From Octopus vulgaris (lineage: Eukaryota): DNA of 64,000 bases. Position 1 is the first letter of the stretch, and each line of letters starts with the position of its first letter. The stretch spans positions 93,310,001 to 93,374,000 of the forward strand of contig OX597819.1 of the NCBI GenBank assembly GCA_951406725.2, given 5' to 3'. This document shows positions 42,017 through 57,868 of the stretch, piece after piece. Below the pieces are notes generated by a model. That model was not told the DNA's origin. It ran no database searches and worked only from the letters and a program-made list of their open reading frames with translations. The translations under genes were made by a program, and so were the position numbers.

Positions 42017-42234
42017 ACTGGTTTCAGTTTTTGGCACACGGTCAGCAACTTCGGGGGTGGAATTAAGTCGACTACATCGTCCCCAGTACTCAGCTGATAT
42101 TTATTTTATCGGTCCCAAATGGATTAAAAGGCAAAATCGACGCCGGCGGCATTTGAACTTAGAACGTAATGACGGAAGAAATGCCGCTAGGCATTTTTTT
42201 CTCCGGAGCCGTAACGAATCTGCCATCTCGCCGT
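42017..42234 (-). mobile_element. SINE family A copy
   Basis: Reverse complement of the family A unit. Confidence 0.75.
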
Positions 42235-42429
42235 CTTATGTACACATGTTTATTATAAACTTATCGAGTATTTATGCGTGTGTGTGTGTGTGTGTGCGCG
42301 CGTGCGTGTGTGTGTACGTATGTATATATATATATAGTATAAACTTATCTAATATATGTATAAGTATTATAAACTTTAATGTACACATTTATGCATATAT
42401 AAGAATATATAAATATATGTATATCTGTA

Positions 42430-42475
<46 letters not shown>

Positions 42476-42599
42476 AATATATATATATATATATATACAT
42501 ACATAGACATACGTATATACATATATACATATATAGAGAGAGAAAGACAGACATGCTTACATCAATCCATTCATACATATATAAATATGTGCGTATTAG

Positions 42600-42632
<33 letters not shown>

Positions 42633-42748
42633 GAGAGCGAGAAGAGCGTATGAGAAAGTGCGTTGGAAGAGAGATAATAAAAGTAAAAAGTACAGAAAAT
42701 GTGTGCCTGCAAACGAGAAAATGTTATTGTTCGTATGTGGATTTACGT

Positions 42749-42849
<101 letters not shown>

Positions 42850-43479
42850 TGTAGCTATGTCTCTATCTGCGTGTGAGTGTTTTGCGCACGCGTTGTCTGT
42901 GCTTTTTCATGCTGACGAGGGTGTGGAAAAGCAGAAGGAAAAAAAGAGAGAGAGGAGGGGAAAATAAAAAGGAAAATAAGAAAGACAAAAGATAAAGGTG
43001 TATGTAATAAATCAATGAAAATGAACGCATGATTGTCTGCATTTGTATTTGTCTGTGTGTGTTTGAGGAAGGAGGGGAAGAGGCTGAGGTATGTTAGCAG
43101 AAGGTGAATTTATAAAGATTGTTGAACGTGCGAAAGTGAGGGAGTGACAACGAAAGGATCAGCGTTAAAGATGAGAGAGGAGGAAACTGACAGACAGAAC
43201 AGAACAGAACAGATAGATGGAAGAAGATAAACAGAAAAGAAAGAGTGCATGTGTTGTTATAAAGAGAGGAAAGAGGAAAACGAAAGCGTATGAATTTAGA
43301 AGAGAAAGACAGTGATAGAGAGAGAGAGAGAGAGAGACAGTGAGAGAAACATACAGAGAGCTAGACAGAGAGAAGGATAGATAATATAATATACAGAGAG
43401 AGAGAGATAGAGACAGACGGAGAAAAACCGAAGTGCGCGTGTGTTTGTGCTTGTTTGTGAGAAAGTTCAAAGAATCTAT

Positions 43480-44202
43480 CGTAGTCTCGTCTTGAAACTT
43501 GCCTGACTGTTTTGCTTTCGCTTTTACCAGCTCCATCTCCATCGCCGGTAACATCCACCGCGACTGACACCTCCACCGCCACCGTAACCATATCAACGTC
43601 TCCGCCATCACCTCCAGTCTACCGCCAACGCCGCCCTCCCCCACTTACTTTCCAGTTTTTACGGCTGCTACTACTGATGTTGGTAGCGGCTGCTCAGCTC
43701 CACCGATGGAGGCTCCAGAACTTCAGTGCTTAGGGGATAGAGAAAGCTTGTTGCAGAGACGGCTACAACAGACATACCCAACCGCTTGTTGCAGGGAAAG
43801 AGTGACTGGTGCTGCGAGAAGGCGGCGGCGCTATGAGAGACTGAGACTTATTAACACATTCAAGCGAACACGCTTCAACCAGCAACTACCTTTACGTTAA
43901 ACGCTACCTAGTTTTAACATGGCGGGATCGCGATGCTCCTGAACATATCGGATCGGTTACAAAAGGGATCACAACGCTGTCTGCCCTTACTGTTTCTCTA
44001 CTGTCTAATTCCTGGATGCCGTGGCGTTCTTTTACCACAGAACGGCCACGATCTTCGCCGTTTCATGTGATTTTTACCTTTAACCACAGACAACTTCACC
44101 GTGGTTATTTCTTTCGCTGTTGCTTTTGTCATGGTCTGCTGAGTCAAAACTCTTCCGTGTCGGTTGTATTGTCGGATAGGATGATTTGCAGATGATAAAG
44201 AC
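43480..44202 (+). promoter_or_regulatory. Probable promoter-proximal / 5'UTR region of the Cav3 gene, with upstream ATGs
   Basis: Repeat-free stretch, richer in GC and CpG than its surroundings, directly upstream of the Cav3 ATG. uORFs at 43706-43900 and 43919-43942. TSS unknown. Confidence 0.45.
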
Positions 44203-44717
44203 ATGGCTGAAGAGGTTCCCGCCGCACGAAAGACGTCAACGCCGAGAGCTAGATCTTCTTCTTTGGTCTCCAAGATCAGAGAGGACAGCAATCTGAGCGT
44301 CAACCCCGCTTTACAAGGGGACAGAGAACCTGGAGCGGTGGCGAAAACCGATGAGGATATCAACAGAAATGCTTCTGATGTTGCCGCAGTTGCTCCCTGT
44401 GTCACTCAATCTAACCCTTCCCCCAGTAGTACGTTTAACAATATCAACAATCATAACAACAGCAACAACAACAGCAACAACAACAGCAGCAACAGTAGTA
44501 CAAGCAGCAGCAGCAACAACAATAATAATAACGTTAATAATAATCATAATAATCATAATAATAAATCGGCAAGAATTATTGCCAACACAACCGAAACGGT
44601 GCATGACGAACCAGAAGAGGAGGAATTACCATACCCAGGATTTGTACCGACGGCTTTATATTGCCTCAATCAAACCAACAAATTGCGTTGGGTTTGCTTG
44701 AAAATCATTACTTGGCC
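44203..44717 (+). CDS. First coding exon of a T-type voltage-gated calcium channel alpha-1 subunit (Cav3; CACNA1G/H/I family)
   Basis: The ORF ends in EEELPYPGFVPTALYCLNQTNKLRWVCLKIITWP, matching the conserved Cav3 pre-IS1 segment (LPYP..AP..FF.L.Q...PR.WCL....NPW). The frame is interrupted at TGG CC|ATATCCTTT, a U12 donor in phase 2. An in-frame stop lies upstream of the ATG. Confidence 0.9.
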
Positions 44718-44727
44718 ATATCCTTTT
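44718..44727 (+). other. U12-type (AT-AC) 5' splice site of Cav3 intron 1
   Basis: ATATCCTTTT begins exactly where Cav3 homology stops, inside the Pro codon. It matches the U12 donor consensus RTATCCTTT. Confidence 0.88.
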
Positions 44728-44961
44728 AAAAGCCAATAGTTTTTACAGCTGTTTTCACTTTTCTCTCTTAAACTCTTACGTTCTCTATTTCTCCCTCTCT
44801 CTCTCTGCTCTCTTTGTCTTTCTGTTTTCTCATTCCCCTCATGCTGTTTTTATTTGTTTATCCATTTATTGTATTTATCTATGTATTTATCTATCTATCT
44901 AACAAGTTTATCCAGCAAGCTTGTCATAACTCTTTTGCCACTGCAATTCACACTACAATCA

Positions 44962-45064
<103 letters not shown>

Positions 45065-46011
45065 CTTTCCTGTCTGTCTATCTATCTCATCTGACATACA
45101 CTTTCAGACACATGTACATACACATGCACATGCATACACACACAAACACATAACAAACACACGCCTTGACATACACAAACTTCGATTGTTCTACACACAC
45201 ACACACACACACGCATTCACCCAAATACGCACATAACAAGCAAGCATACACACATACGCACACACACACGCACACACGCACACACAAACACACACACACT
45301 AATACAAACAACACACTCACACACACATTTGGTTTGTTTCCCTTTTCTGTTCACCTAAGTTTTTGTTCAAACTTCTAAAGTGTTTATTACTTGAGAAAAT
45401 TGCAAAAGCAGAAACCTCAGCAAAAAAAAAGGGAAATATAGAAAGAAAAAAAAGAATTATAATAATCATTATTTGTCTATATATTCATAATTATTATTAT
45501 TATTATCAATATAATTACCGTTATTGTTGTTGATTGTATATAATATTCTTATTGAAAATTTTAAATTAATTATTTCTTTCTTTATTGATGCGTAAATTTA
45601 TCGTTTAAAATTATTTATTTGGAGAAAAAAAAAGAGTAAAATAGGAATTATACTTGTATTTTATTTCACACCTTCAGAATATAACTAATTATCTTTCTAA
45701 TTCCACGTCATATAATATTTCATTTAACTGTACGTGAAATAAATTCGAATTGAGTTTTTTTTTTCTCCCGTTATATATGTATGTATGCGTGATTATGTGA
45801 TTATATATAAGTATGGTTGCATGCGTGTATCTATGGCTGACTGAATGGATAGAAGGATGGATAGAATGATGGATGGATGGATGCATAGATGGATGTAAGG
45901 ATGTGTGTATAGTTACACACACTCACATGTATACTTATACATATATATATATGCATATTATGCATGTATATATATATATATATATATATATAAAAGTTTA
46001 TGTATGTATAT

Positions 46012-46061
<50 letters not shown>

Positions 46062-46343
46062 CGCGTGTGTGTGTGTGTGTATACATATATATACATGTAT
46101 AAACAGAGAGATGGATGTGTGTATTTATGTATCTATGGACGTATGAATGTAGAGACTGATGATGCGATGTATCCATGTGTACACGTATGTATTATATCGA
46201 TGAATATACAGATGAATGGATGGATGAATGATCAGAGCGGTATACCTGTATAAGTGTGATGCACATGTGCAATCCTGTGTATTTAATGTGTATATATACA
46301 TATATATATATATACATATATACATATATATATATATATATTT

Positions 46344-46439
<96 letters not shown>

Positions 46440-46717
46440 TCAAGCACTCGGCTTTATAACTGTTTTTAGTACCTGCAGATATTCATTAATATACACACGT
46501 ACAATCATATATGCGTGGTATTCATTCTGTACGCCTATAGATCAGTAGTCCATGAATTCAACATACATGCAGCGTGCAAACACAGATACACCGTAATATA
46601 TAAAAGTACTTACATATATGTCTGCATGAGAATATACGCACGTATATAGATTTTATACTAGCATTCATAGGTAGACTCATTCACGCAAACATAAGTGTAT
46701 GTATGTGAGCCCTTATA

Positions 46718-46788
<71 letters not shown>

Positions 46789-47342
46789 AATAGTCACATA
46801 TACACATCTTAGTATATGTGTATATGAATGTATATATGTTTGTGTGTATGAGTGTCAACGATCATGTGTGGATCTAGGTACAGTGAGCCATATACATGCA
46901 ACTGTTCATGCATACATATATATAGAGAGCGAGAGAGAGAGACAGACAGAGAGATAAAGAGAATGAGAGAGAGAGAGAGACCGAACTAGTGACAGACAGA
47001 CAGAGAAGCACACAGACACACAAACAGATATATCCCTACATATGTATACATACGCACACACATATATTCACACAAACATATATACATATATATACATACA
47101 TATATACATGTGTGTGTGTATATATGTATATACTCATACATCATAAAATAGTATTCTCATGCATAGAATTTTACACTATATATATATATATATATATACG
47201 TATATATGTGTGTGTTCGTGTGTGTATATATATATATATATATATCTTGCTCTCACAGCTCTTACGTATTCTTCTGCACAGCTGAGATATTCTGTTGAGC
47301 GCACATATCCTTATTCACTTTCTTTGAATTTTTTTAAAGGTT

Positions 47343-47414
<72 letters not shown>

Positions 47415-47607
47415 TGTGCGTGCGTGTGTGTGTGTGTGTGTGTGTCTATGTGCACGCGTGAGTGTCCGGGGGTCACTGGTGGATCATATTAAATTCTTCA
47501 AAAGGAGATAAAACTGATTGATCTTCGTAACGAAGCTGAATCCCATGAGAAAAGGACTTTGGATGTCTCCGGCGTCAGATTCTGATATGTATGCATGTGC
47601 ACCGATA

Positions 47608-47664
<57 letters not shown>

Positions 47665-47782
47665 TTACATTTATTAGATTCAGCAACATATATACATACA
47701 TATTTGAAAGCGTGTATATAAGTCAACACTGACGTATTAACGCATACACATCCGTACGTGTATACACAAGCACACAAGCATA

Positions 47783-47841
<59 letters not shown>

Positions 47842-49308
47842 TATATTTATATACGCATACACACAAATACATTTATACGTATATAATACAGACAGCAATC
47901 CATTCATGCATATATGCTTCCGTCCGTGCATCGATACATATACATACGCTTATACGTAAGTACTGACGGACACAACACACACATACACACACGCGTGCAC
48001 GGACACACACACACGCATACACGCAAACACATATACATATATATAGATATGCATGCGTATATAAACATATGAGCGTGCTCAGATCCATTAATTCCGTTGA
48101 CTTGCTGCTTTTCATGTTAGTATACACGCAAAGAGGCCAGCGAGTTGGCAATATAAAAAGCGCTTTAGACTAAATATTGGACGATATTCAGTTTTAGCTC
48201 TCTCCGTTCGCAGTTCAAATCCTACCGTAATCCAATTAATTTTAATTTCTCCTGCTTTGTTAAAATCGTAAAACTTTTATTGATAAAAGTACTATACAAT
48301 GGGTTAAATTAAACCTTCCATATTTTCGTCCTACATAAATTTTAAGTTTGTTACGCTTTAAACCTAGAGGAAAAAGCGCTCCAACCATAAATGTGCCATT
48401 TTTTTTTCTTCCCGTGTTCAGAAACATTGACATCTATAACTACCTGAGCAGATGTATGCTTCTTTTAAAGAGTATACGCTATTATTTACGAAGGTTTGAG
48501 CGGCCACGTAGGGACACTCTGATGTTTCATTCTTATATGGGAGTGTCTTTTCTCATTATCAAATACTGGCCTGTTGTAACTTTTTTTTATTTGGTTCTAC
48601 ATTGTGAATTATGTATTTTTATTAAAGACGTTAGGGTGTGTAAACTGAGGGAGACTTGGTGCGATTTCTAAAAAATACAACGACTATAAAAATGATGTGT
48701 TTTTGACTGATTTTATATAGATGCGATGATAATTCAATATTATACACGACATATAAAGGTGGGATGTTTATAGCGTGAACTTTCGATGTCTGGATTCGCT
48801 ATTCCTTAGCCGCACGGCTTCAATGTTAAGGAAGTGGATTCGAATATGCCTTTCGTTTCTACCACGACTGGATTTGGTTCCATTTTATTTTTGCCTTTGG
48901 CTGTTCATACCGCTGGTTTCGACTTAGTACAGCAAATTCAGAGGATTCTCATACTTGTCTTATCGCAGAACCATTTTCTGATTTCCCAAGGATCGTAGTA
49001 CCCATGATTATATTTCACGATCTCAAAGCCACTCGCTCCGCAACCCTAATTTCAATTAGCTATTTAATGAAACAAAATTATATTAAATAATTCATTTGTA
49101 CATACATAAACAGGCAGACAGACATATACACAGATATTTAAAAAATAAAAATGGTGAGCACCATCGTTTTTTTTATATAAAATAATTTTTTAGTAATTTT
49201 TTTATTAAAAGACACCATATTTCGCGGTACCTCGGATTTTTCTATCGTACAAATACACTTTGAGAAAACACATCATAAATATATGCGTCTATATACATGC
49301 ATGCATGC

Positions 49309-49417
<109 letters not shown>

Positions 49418-49888
49418 TCTATATACATGCATGCATGCATACATACATACATACATACATACATACATACATACATACATACATACATACATACATACAT
49501 GTATGTATAAGATATTCCTCTTCTCTTAATCCTTTCGAAAAGGAAAATGAATAGATCTGGCAGAATCTTCAATGTCGGCCAGAGCAAAAAAAACGTCTTC
49601 AATATTCAATTATGGTTCTTTACGTAACGTGCTAAGTTCAAATCCCCTCCGAGAATCATTAACATGTCCATGCTTCGGAAGGGAATTGATAAAAAATAAA
49701 AGTACCACTTTGATTGATATTCCTATAATTCATCCCAGACTTGAATAGAGTTATAACTGATGAAGTTGACGAGTAAAAATATGTAAACCTCTGCATATCT
49801 TTAAGGTTTTCATTCTCTTTATAGAAGGCATATTTCTATTGACATCAAGAAATTATATTTCAATAGATACACTGTGTATGTATATATA

Positions 49889-49973
<85 letters not shown>

Positions 49974-50704
49974 TTGTGTGTATAAAACGTTTCCTCTTTC
50001 TCCATGGATCCATTATTTGTAGGCTGATATTGGGTTGTCATTATTGCAGTTGTTGTGTTAGCTTTAGGTCAGACGTGATCTAGCAAACCTACATATGATC
50101 AAAGAGGTCCAGTGGTGACCATCTTGTCTTTTAAAGCGCATGTATAACGTAACGTTGTCTGGTTTTTCATTTTCTTATCAAACATAGCTGAGTGTGGAAT
50201 TTGAGGAACAGAAAAATTAGCTGCTGTTTTTAGATGCCTTTTGTGGACTTGTCACTTCCAAGTTCTTACTGCTTGACCCTAGCAAACCTATGACCAAAAT
50301 CAACCATCTGTGTCAACCCTATCGATTTAGGACTATATATATATAAATACGTACACATAGATATATACGCATAAATATATATATATACACGAACACATAC
50401 ACAAACACATGTTTTAGTGTATGTGCATATGACATTATCTAATACGGTTTTTTCATATATCTGAGTTTGTAGGATGTCATGTGAGGGAAATCTGGCTGCT
50501 ATTTCACGCAAGTCTACCTATTATGTTGAGGTTCCGTCATTGGTGCGTAAAACAACAGATAACATAATAGTATTGTGGTTATCGTTGTTATTGTTTTAAG
50601 TTTAACCTAAATCGGGCATATATATATATACGCACATATATATTAACGTATTTGCGTGTCTGTGTGTGTGTATGTGTGAATTTGTTCATTCATAAATGTG
50701 CACA

Positions 50705-50755
<51 letters not shown>

Positions 50756-51264
50756 TTTATATATATGTATATGTGTGTATACATGTATAGTGTGTATATA
50801 TGTATATGTATGTATATATGTATATGTATATATGTATGTATATATGTATATGTATATATGTATGTATGTATATATGTATATGTATGTAAGTATGTATATA
50901 TATATGTATGTATGTATATGCATGTATATGTATGTATACATATGTATATATATATATATGCATATATATGTATGTATATATTTATGTATGTATATATGTA
51001 TGTATGTATATGTATGTATGTATGTATGTATATGTATGTATGTATGTATACGTATGTATGTATGTATATGTATGTATATGTATGCATATGTATGTATGTA
51101 TGTATATGTATGTATGTATATGTATGTATCTATATGTATATGTATGTATATGTATGTATGTAAATGAATGTATGTATATGAATGTATGTATATGAATGTA
51201 TGTATATGTATGTATAAATATGTATGTATATATATGTATATATATGTATGTATATATTTGTATG

Positions 51265-51297
<33 letters not shown>

Positions 51298-51304
51298 GTA
51301 TATA

Positions 51305-51378
<74 letters not shown>

Positions 51379-51402
51379 TATATGTTTGTATGTATATATA
51401 TA
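50705..51402. repeat. Compound (TA)n/(TATG)n microsatellite block
   Basis: Direct reading. Confidence 0.9.
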
Positions 51403-52128
51403 TGGGTCGAACTATCACCGTGAAGGATCCCCCTCGTTCTCGTTTTGCTCATAACAATATAATAGATAATATAACAGTTTTATTTAAAGAGGAGAGAAGG
51501 GAAAGATGTGTGTTACCAGGTTAAGATTGTCTAGGTCTTATTTTATTGCCTTCCTGCTGGTTTTCCCTTTGAAATATATCAAAGGATCGCTTGCCTTAAA
51601 CGAGCATGAATATCGATTTTTTTTTTAGGTTATATTCTTTGTTTGTTTGTTTGGTTTTTTTCATCCTTTTTTTTATGATTATTTATTTATTTTTTTATTC
51701 CGTTTTATTTACATATTTATGATTTTCATGCAATTCCGTCTTTATAGCTTTATAGCTGTCATTTTCTCGCTGTTGCTATTTGTCATTCGCTTTTCCTTTC
51801 GCGTTGCTTTCTCTATCGCTATACCACTTTCTCTCTCTAATACTTTGCTTCATCCTTTTCTCCTTTCACTCCCTCCCTTTCAATTCTGACCCTCTCTTTC
51901 TCTCACCCGGTCATTCTCTCTCTGATTCCCTTTTATGCTGCATATCTTCAACATTTCATTTTTTTCCCTACTATATCGTTGACATATGCCTTCCGTATTT
52001 TTCTCTTCCTCTCCCTCGGTCAGTTCAACTTTTTCGCTTTCTTCTCAAACTCTCCCCTTCTTTCTTTTATTTCCGTGATGTCTATATATGTTATATGTAT
52101 AAACATATGTGTCTGTGTATATATATAT

Positions 52129-52164
<36 letters not shown>

Positions 52165-52244
52165 TATATGTGTATACATATACATATATATGTGTGTGTG
52201 TGTGTATGTATATATATGTGCATACATATACATATATGTGTGTG

Positions 52245-52279
<35 letters not shown>

Positions 52280-52442
52280 ATACACACGCACACACACATA
52301 TATAAGTATGTAAATATGTATGTATGTATGCACTAGTTGCGTGCGTATAGGTCTTGACATAAGTTATGCATATGGGCAAAAAGTGATTTCTATAAATTTC
52401 ATCTGCATATAATATACAGACGATTTTTGCACATTCCTGTAT

Positions 52443-52502
<60 letters not shown>

Positions 52503-52658
52503 ACACATACACACATATACACACACATGAATACATGTATCCATACTTACATGTCTATATACAAGTATATGTAGACATCCAAACAAATGTACAAACACAT
52601 ACATAACACATACAATAATATCTATATATATATTCATAGATACATACATACATACATG

Positions 52659-52694
<36 letters not shown>

Positions 52695-52813
52695 TATGCA
52701 TGTGTGTATCTACCTGTCAATATTTCTCATTAAGTGATCCAGTTTGCTTTTTTCCTTTCAATATTTTCCTATTCTCTCTATCGCTCTCACCTGACTATAG
52801 CTTTCTTGATCTT

Positions 52814-52847
<34 letters not shown>

Positions 52848-53008
52848 TCTCTCTCTCTCTCTCTCTCTCTCATATTTGTTCGGTTCTCTCTTCCTGTCTT
52901 TATATCGCAATCATAAAAATATCTGTGTACATTTTCATGTCCCTTTCATGTCCCTGGAAAGTATTTGTCTTTCTCAATACTTCGTTGTTTCCTTACCCCA
53001 CACACACA

Positions 53009-53039
<31 letters not shown>

Positions 53040-53117
53040 TCCTCTCTCTCTCTCCCTCTCTCTCTTTCCTCTCTTTCCCTCTCGCTCTCCCCCCTCACAC
53101 TCTATTTGTATGTATGA

Positions 53118-53161
<44 letters not shown>

Positions 53162-53163
53162 AC

Positions 53164-53226
<63 letters not shown>

Positions 53227-54568
53227 GTTTATACTTACATATATATATATATATGTATATATATATACATGAACACACATACAAACAAACATATGTATGT
53301 ATGTGTGCATGTATAGTATGTTAGTGAAAGTACATTGTTACTTCAAACTTCTCGTTCAGTTTATGCCAACTGATCTTCAGACAGCAAAATCAAACGGTTT
53401 CTAAAATATTCTTCCCATTAAATAGGTTCCTGATGTGTTTTCCGTATTGCATTTTGGGTTAACAAGAAGTTGAAAGGTGAATAACTCGTTGCATATAAAT
53501 ATTCCATCAAGCGGGATTTTTCTTTGTGTTAGTTAGAAATATATGACTAAGTTCTAATAACAATATATGACTAAGAAAAGAAGGAGAATAAATTATTGGT
53601 ATATGAAGTTACTAAAGTGTTAAAATGTTATTTGGAGATTTGGGCCTATAGATATAATAAACTACTCAGGAAAGTGTCATAACCTTCTCAAATTTAATTC
53701 GCAAATGTGTACGAATGCTATGAAAGCTCACCTGTATTATTCAAACTCCTGCCATCCAACAACAGTTTTTATAACCTTTATTATTAACATCAGTAAATTA
53801 TGATATAACATGTTATTGAACAACGGAATTTTCCACAATAAAACTCAAGAAGCTTGTGGCTTGAGAAATCATGTCTCTCCAGCCTATATCATCCAAAATC
53901 AAAAAGATACACCGAAAATATTATTTGGTTCACAATTGTCATTTCTTTAAACATTAAGTCTAATATCCCTAAAAGGTTCTAATAAATATTAATATTTTAA
54001 TCAAACACCGATACAGAAAATTATTCAACAGAAACAAGCTTAAACTTAGTTACAACTGTACTACAAGTATGAAATAGTCTAATGAGCTCACAACATGCAG
54101 AAATACTAATTGTCGCCGTTTTACAGATTTTGCAATGCTGAAGTGGTAATATATAAAATAGAAGTCACCTCCACCAAACCAAACCGTTACACCATGACTA
54201 AATACTTCGCAGGAATGACGGCGTGTAAATTTAAACACTGATAGTTGAACCATACCGTTTTTTTTCTAGCAATCTAGAAATGAAGTATACAATAAAAATC
54301 ACATCTGGAATTTGACGAAAATTCTTCTGATTTCACCATAAGAGAGATGTTCCAGAGATGCAAGGCATCAAGAGATAAGTCAAATTTTATGGGTTGTGTG
54401 AGACTGAGTTGAGCTTCATCTTTAAAAATGCCGTTAATAAGTCTGCAACCTATTTAAATGTCAGATCAGATTTCTTCACTAAATGTCGCCACTTCAGCAA
54501 GTACCTCCTACAGCACTGCAATGTTACACCAGCAGTTGATTGAATACTTAACTATTTACCAAGTACAA

Positions 54569-54613
<45 letters not shown>

Positions 54614-55399
54614 ACTGTGCTTCCCATTCTTTCACCCCTCTCTTTTCTTCTCTCCTAAGCGATGAATACACACTCCTTATTTCATAATAATTCATAACGA
54701 TATTTCTTTTGATATTCTCAAATATTTCATACTGATTTCCGTATGCCAGATTAGATCAATAATTATTTACTAAGGACCACCAAACACTTTCTCTCTCTCC
54801 TTCTATATCTCTTTACTCTCTTTCTCTTTTCCTCTTCAGTTGTAGCACACATTTAGGTATTGGTCATCTCATTACACTTTATGCTATTGCATTCTTTGAT
54901 ATCATATATTTTCAACACCTCATAACACTTCATATTCATTTTCATTTAGCACCTTTTAATCCTGACCCTCCCCTACACTTTTACCTTTCCTCCATTTCCC
55001 TTAATCCTATATTTTTAAGTACTTTACATTCAAACGTTTTTAAGCCTTAAACTTCACTGTATGGAACTACCTAATTAATATAACCCACTTCTAAAAATAT
55101 TTATACGTAACGATTGAAACTCTCCATAATTTTTCATTTCATTAAATGCAGCAATGATATTCTGTATAGCACGAATATTTTTCACGGATATGACAGAAAC
55201 TAGTTTAAATAAATTCGTTCGACGATTACTAGGCTTTACTAAGAATGAAACTTGCAGTTACGATATATTAACATTAATGGACTTTACCATTTCAAATATA
55301 CTTCACTGTGCAATATGTATTCAGGACTTTAATTACATTAGTAATAAACAACTACAACAGTCACTCATCACACACACATATATGTGTGGTGGTGGTGGG

Positions 55400-55714
55400 G
55401 GAGAAGTTGTTCTTGAGTTTGAAAATGCACCGAAATCTCAAAAAGTATAGTCGTTATTAAATTTCGACAACTTTTTTCTTATCAATGGTACAAATAAATG
55501 AAATAAAGTGTTTAGGAGAGTTTAAAGTTACAGGGTAATTCTATTTATTTATTTGTACCATTAGTAAAAAAAAAATGTTGAAACCGGTTTGGTTATTTGA
55601 TTAAATCTATTACAAAATTTTAAAATGACTACACGTTTTCAGATTCAGGTGTATTTTCAAACCTCAAAACAAATTCTTCTATATTTTCTCCTGCGCTGGA
55701 ATACACTTCTCTCC
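55400..55714. mobile_element. Related MITE-like fold-back element
   Basis: Arms TTTGAAAATGCACC / GGTGTATTTTCAAA. The end TTCTCCTGCGCTGGAATACAC resembles the 33891-34546 terminus. Confidence 0.55.
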
Positions 55715-55961
55715 ATATGTATATTTTACATTCTGCGGAGAAATGGCTAACATATATGCTTTCGATAAAACTGTTGCTCCCGCAAAGCAAATTAAATACA
55801 ATTTGAGATTTTGCGGAGGGTCAAAATAGGTAACACAAACAGTACAGTGAAAACAAACAGGAAGGGCTGCTAAGCCTAAACTAGGTTGTGGTGGCGAACG
55901 CGTGAAGTAAGCTAGGACAGGAGACAAACAAACTAACGTCTTCCTTCTTCCAGCTACAACG

Positions 55962-55994
<33 letters not shown>

Positions 55995-56119
55995 TCAATG
56001 GTCACGCGAGAGCCACGGGAGCAAGGGAGGAGGAGTGAGGGAGAGAGAGTGACAGAGTAATAGGATAGAATAGTGGAAGAAGAGAAAGTAAAAGAAATCG
56101 AGAGAGAAAAACGAAGGAG

Positions 56120-56187
<68 letters not shown>

Positions 56188-56286
56188 AAGGGTGGAAAAA
56201 TTGGATATTAATTTAATAATACCATCAATTTAACACCAAGTGGCTTAGCGCATAATTATATATATATATATATATAACAAAATGTA

Positions 56287-56333
<47 letters not shown>

Positions 56334-56451
56334 TACATTTTGTTAAAGCTGCAAAAATTACAAAAAGGCATATTACTCTAATTTTGGTATTGGAGTTCTA
56401 TTTTCAATATTGTTTTACACTTATGTGTACACCTGTATATATATGTGTGTG

Positions 56452-56506
<55 letters not shown>

Positions 56507-57661
56507 TGTGTATGTGTATGTATGTGCGTGTGTGTGTGCCTTTCGGAGCATCCAGCATGTACCCTTTCATTATCAAATTAAAGAATGCTCTGTATGTGAT
56601 CGTGTGTTTGAATGGTGGTCTACCCAAATCTATTTTGGGCTCGTTTCAAATACGTATATGTATCTCCGCCCCCTCTCTCTCTCTCTCTCTATTTCTTTCT
56701 CCATGTGTGTGTGTGTGTGTGTGTGTGTGCAGACCGATATATCAACATAAACAGAGATATATATGGATACAAATACACTATAATAAAATCATGTGTTCAT
56801 AAGACAGGCTGCTTTTAAACGATAACACCTGTGTTACATAGTTACATACAGGTAAGAATCAGCCAAGTAAAAGAGCAGAGAATTCTCCAGTAATTGCTTC
56901 CATTTCTCCATTTTGCCATGTTATAAAAATCACCGTTGCTAAAGCAACTCACCAGCATTGTTAAAAATTGAATAAACTTGGTGAAATCTGCTGTAAAATA
57001 TCCGTTGGTCTTCTTGGCTGCATGCGTTGAGTGGAACTGTGCGTGCTTCTGCACGTGTGTTTCTGTGCGTGTGTGTGTGTGTATATATCTGTGTGTGTGT
57101 GTATATACATGTGTGTGTGAGAGTGTCTTGTGTGTGTGAAGACGTGACATTTAGTCTGCGTAGATTTCCGAACGTGACCTCGTGTATGATTCTGCGTCTG
57201 GTTCTATACGTGACGTTACTGAGCGTGTGTGGTTTTAATCGTGACATCATGTATGTACATCGGAGTCGGTTATTTTAATATGCAATATTGAGTGTACATT
57301 TGTGCATCTATGCATACGTGTGCAAATGTACGCGTATGTATGCATATATGCACATACATGTATCTGTGTTTAGGTAATATTTACGCAGAAATCAGGCACG
57401 TATGCGCTAACAATTTAACAAACTTCGATTATGCGTAACCTCATGTAACTGTGTATCATGTAGGTGTGTGTGCGTGCGAGTGTGTATGTGTGTTGAGTTT
57501 ATTTTAACGCACGCACGAATCAATAATTCAAGACTGGTTGTATGTTTGTGCATGTACGTGAGTTTGTGTCCTTGCGCGTGTGTGTGTATGTATGTATATA
57601 AATACATCATACAGGCAAAAATGAATGCGGGAATATATAAGTATGTATGTACGTGTGTGGA

Positions 57662-57868
57662 TAGGTAGGTAGACATGAGGTAGGTAGGTAGGTAGGTAGG
57701 TAGATAGGTATGAAGGTAGGTAGGTAGGTAGGTAGGTAGGTAGGCAGGTAGGTAGGTAGGTAGGTAGGTAGGTAGGCAGGTAGGCAGGTAGGTAGGTAGG
57801 TAGGTAGGTAGGTAGGTAGGTAGGTAGGTAGGTAGGTAGGTAGGTAGGTAGGTAGGTAGGTAGGTAGG
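57662..57868. repeat. (GGTA)n microsatellite
   Basis: Direct reading. Confidence 0.95.

Noticed and set aside
44718-44739. ORF tail YPFKSQ* as the true C-terminus of a 178-aa protein
   Set aside because: Better explained as read-through into the U12 intron.
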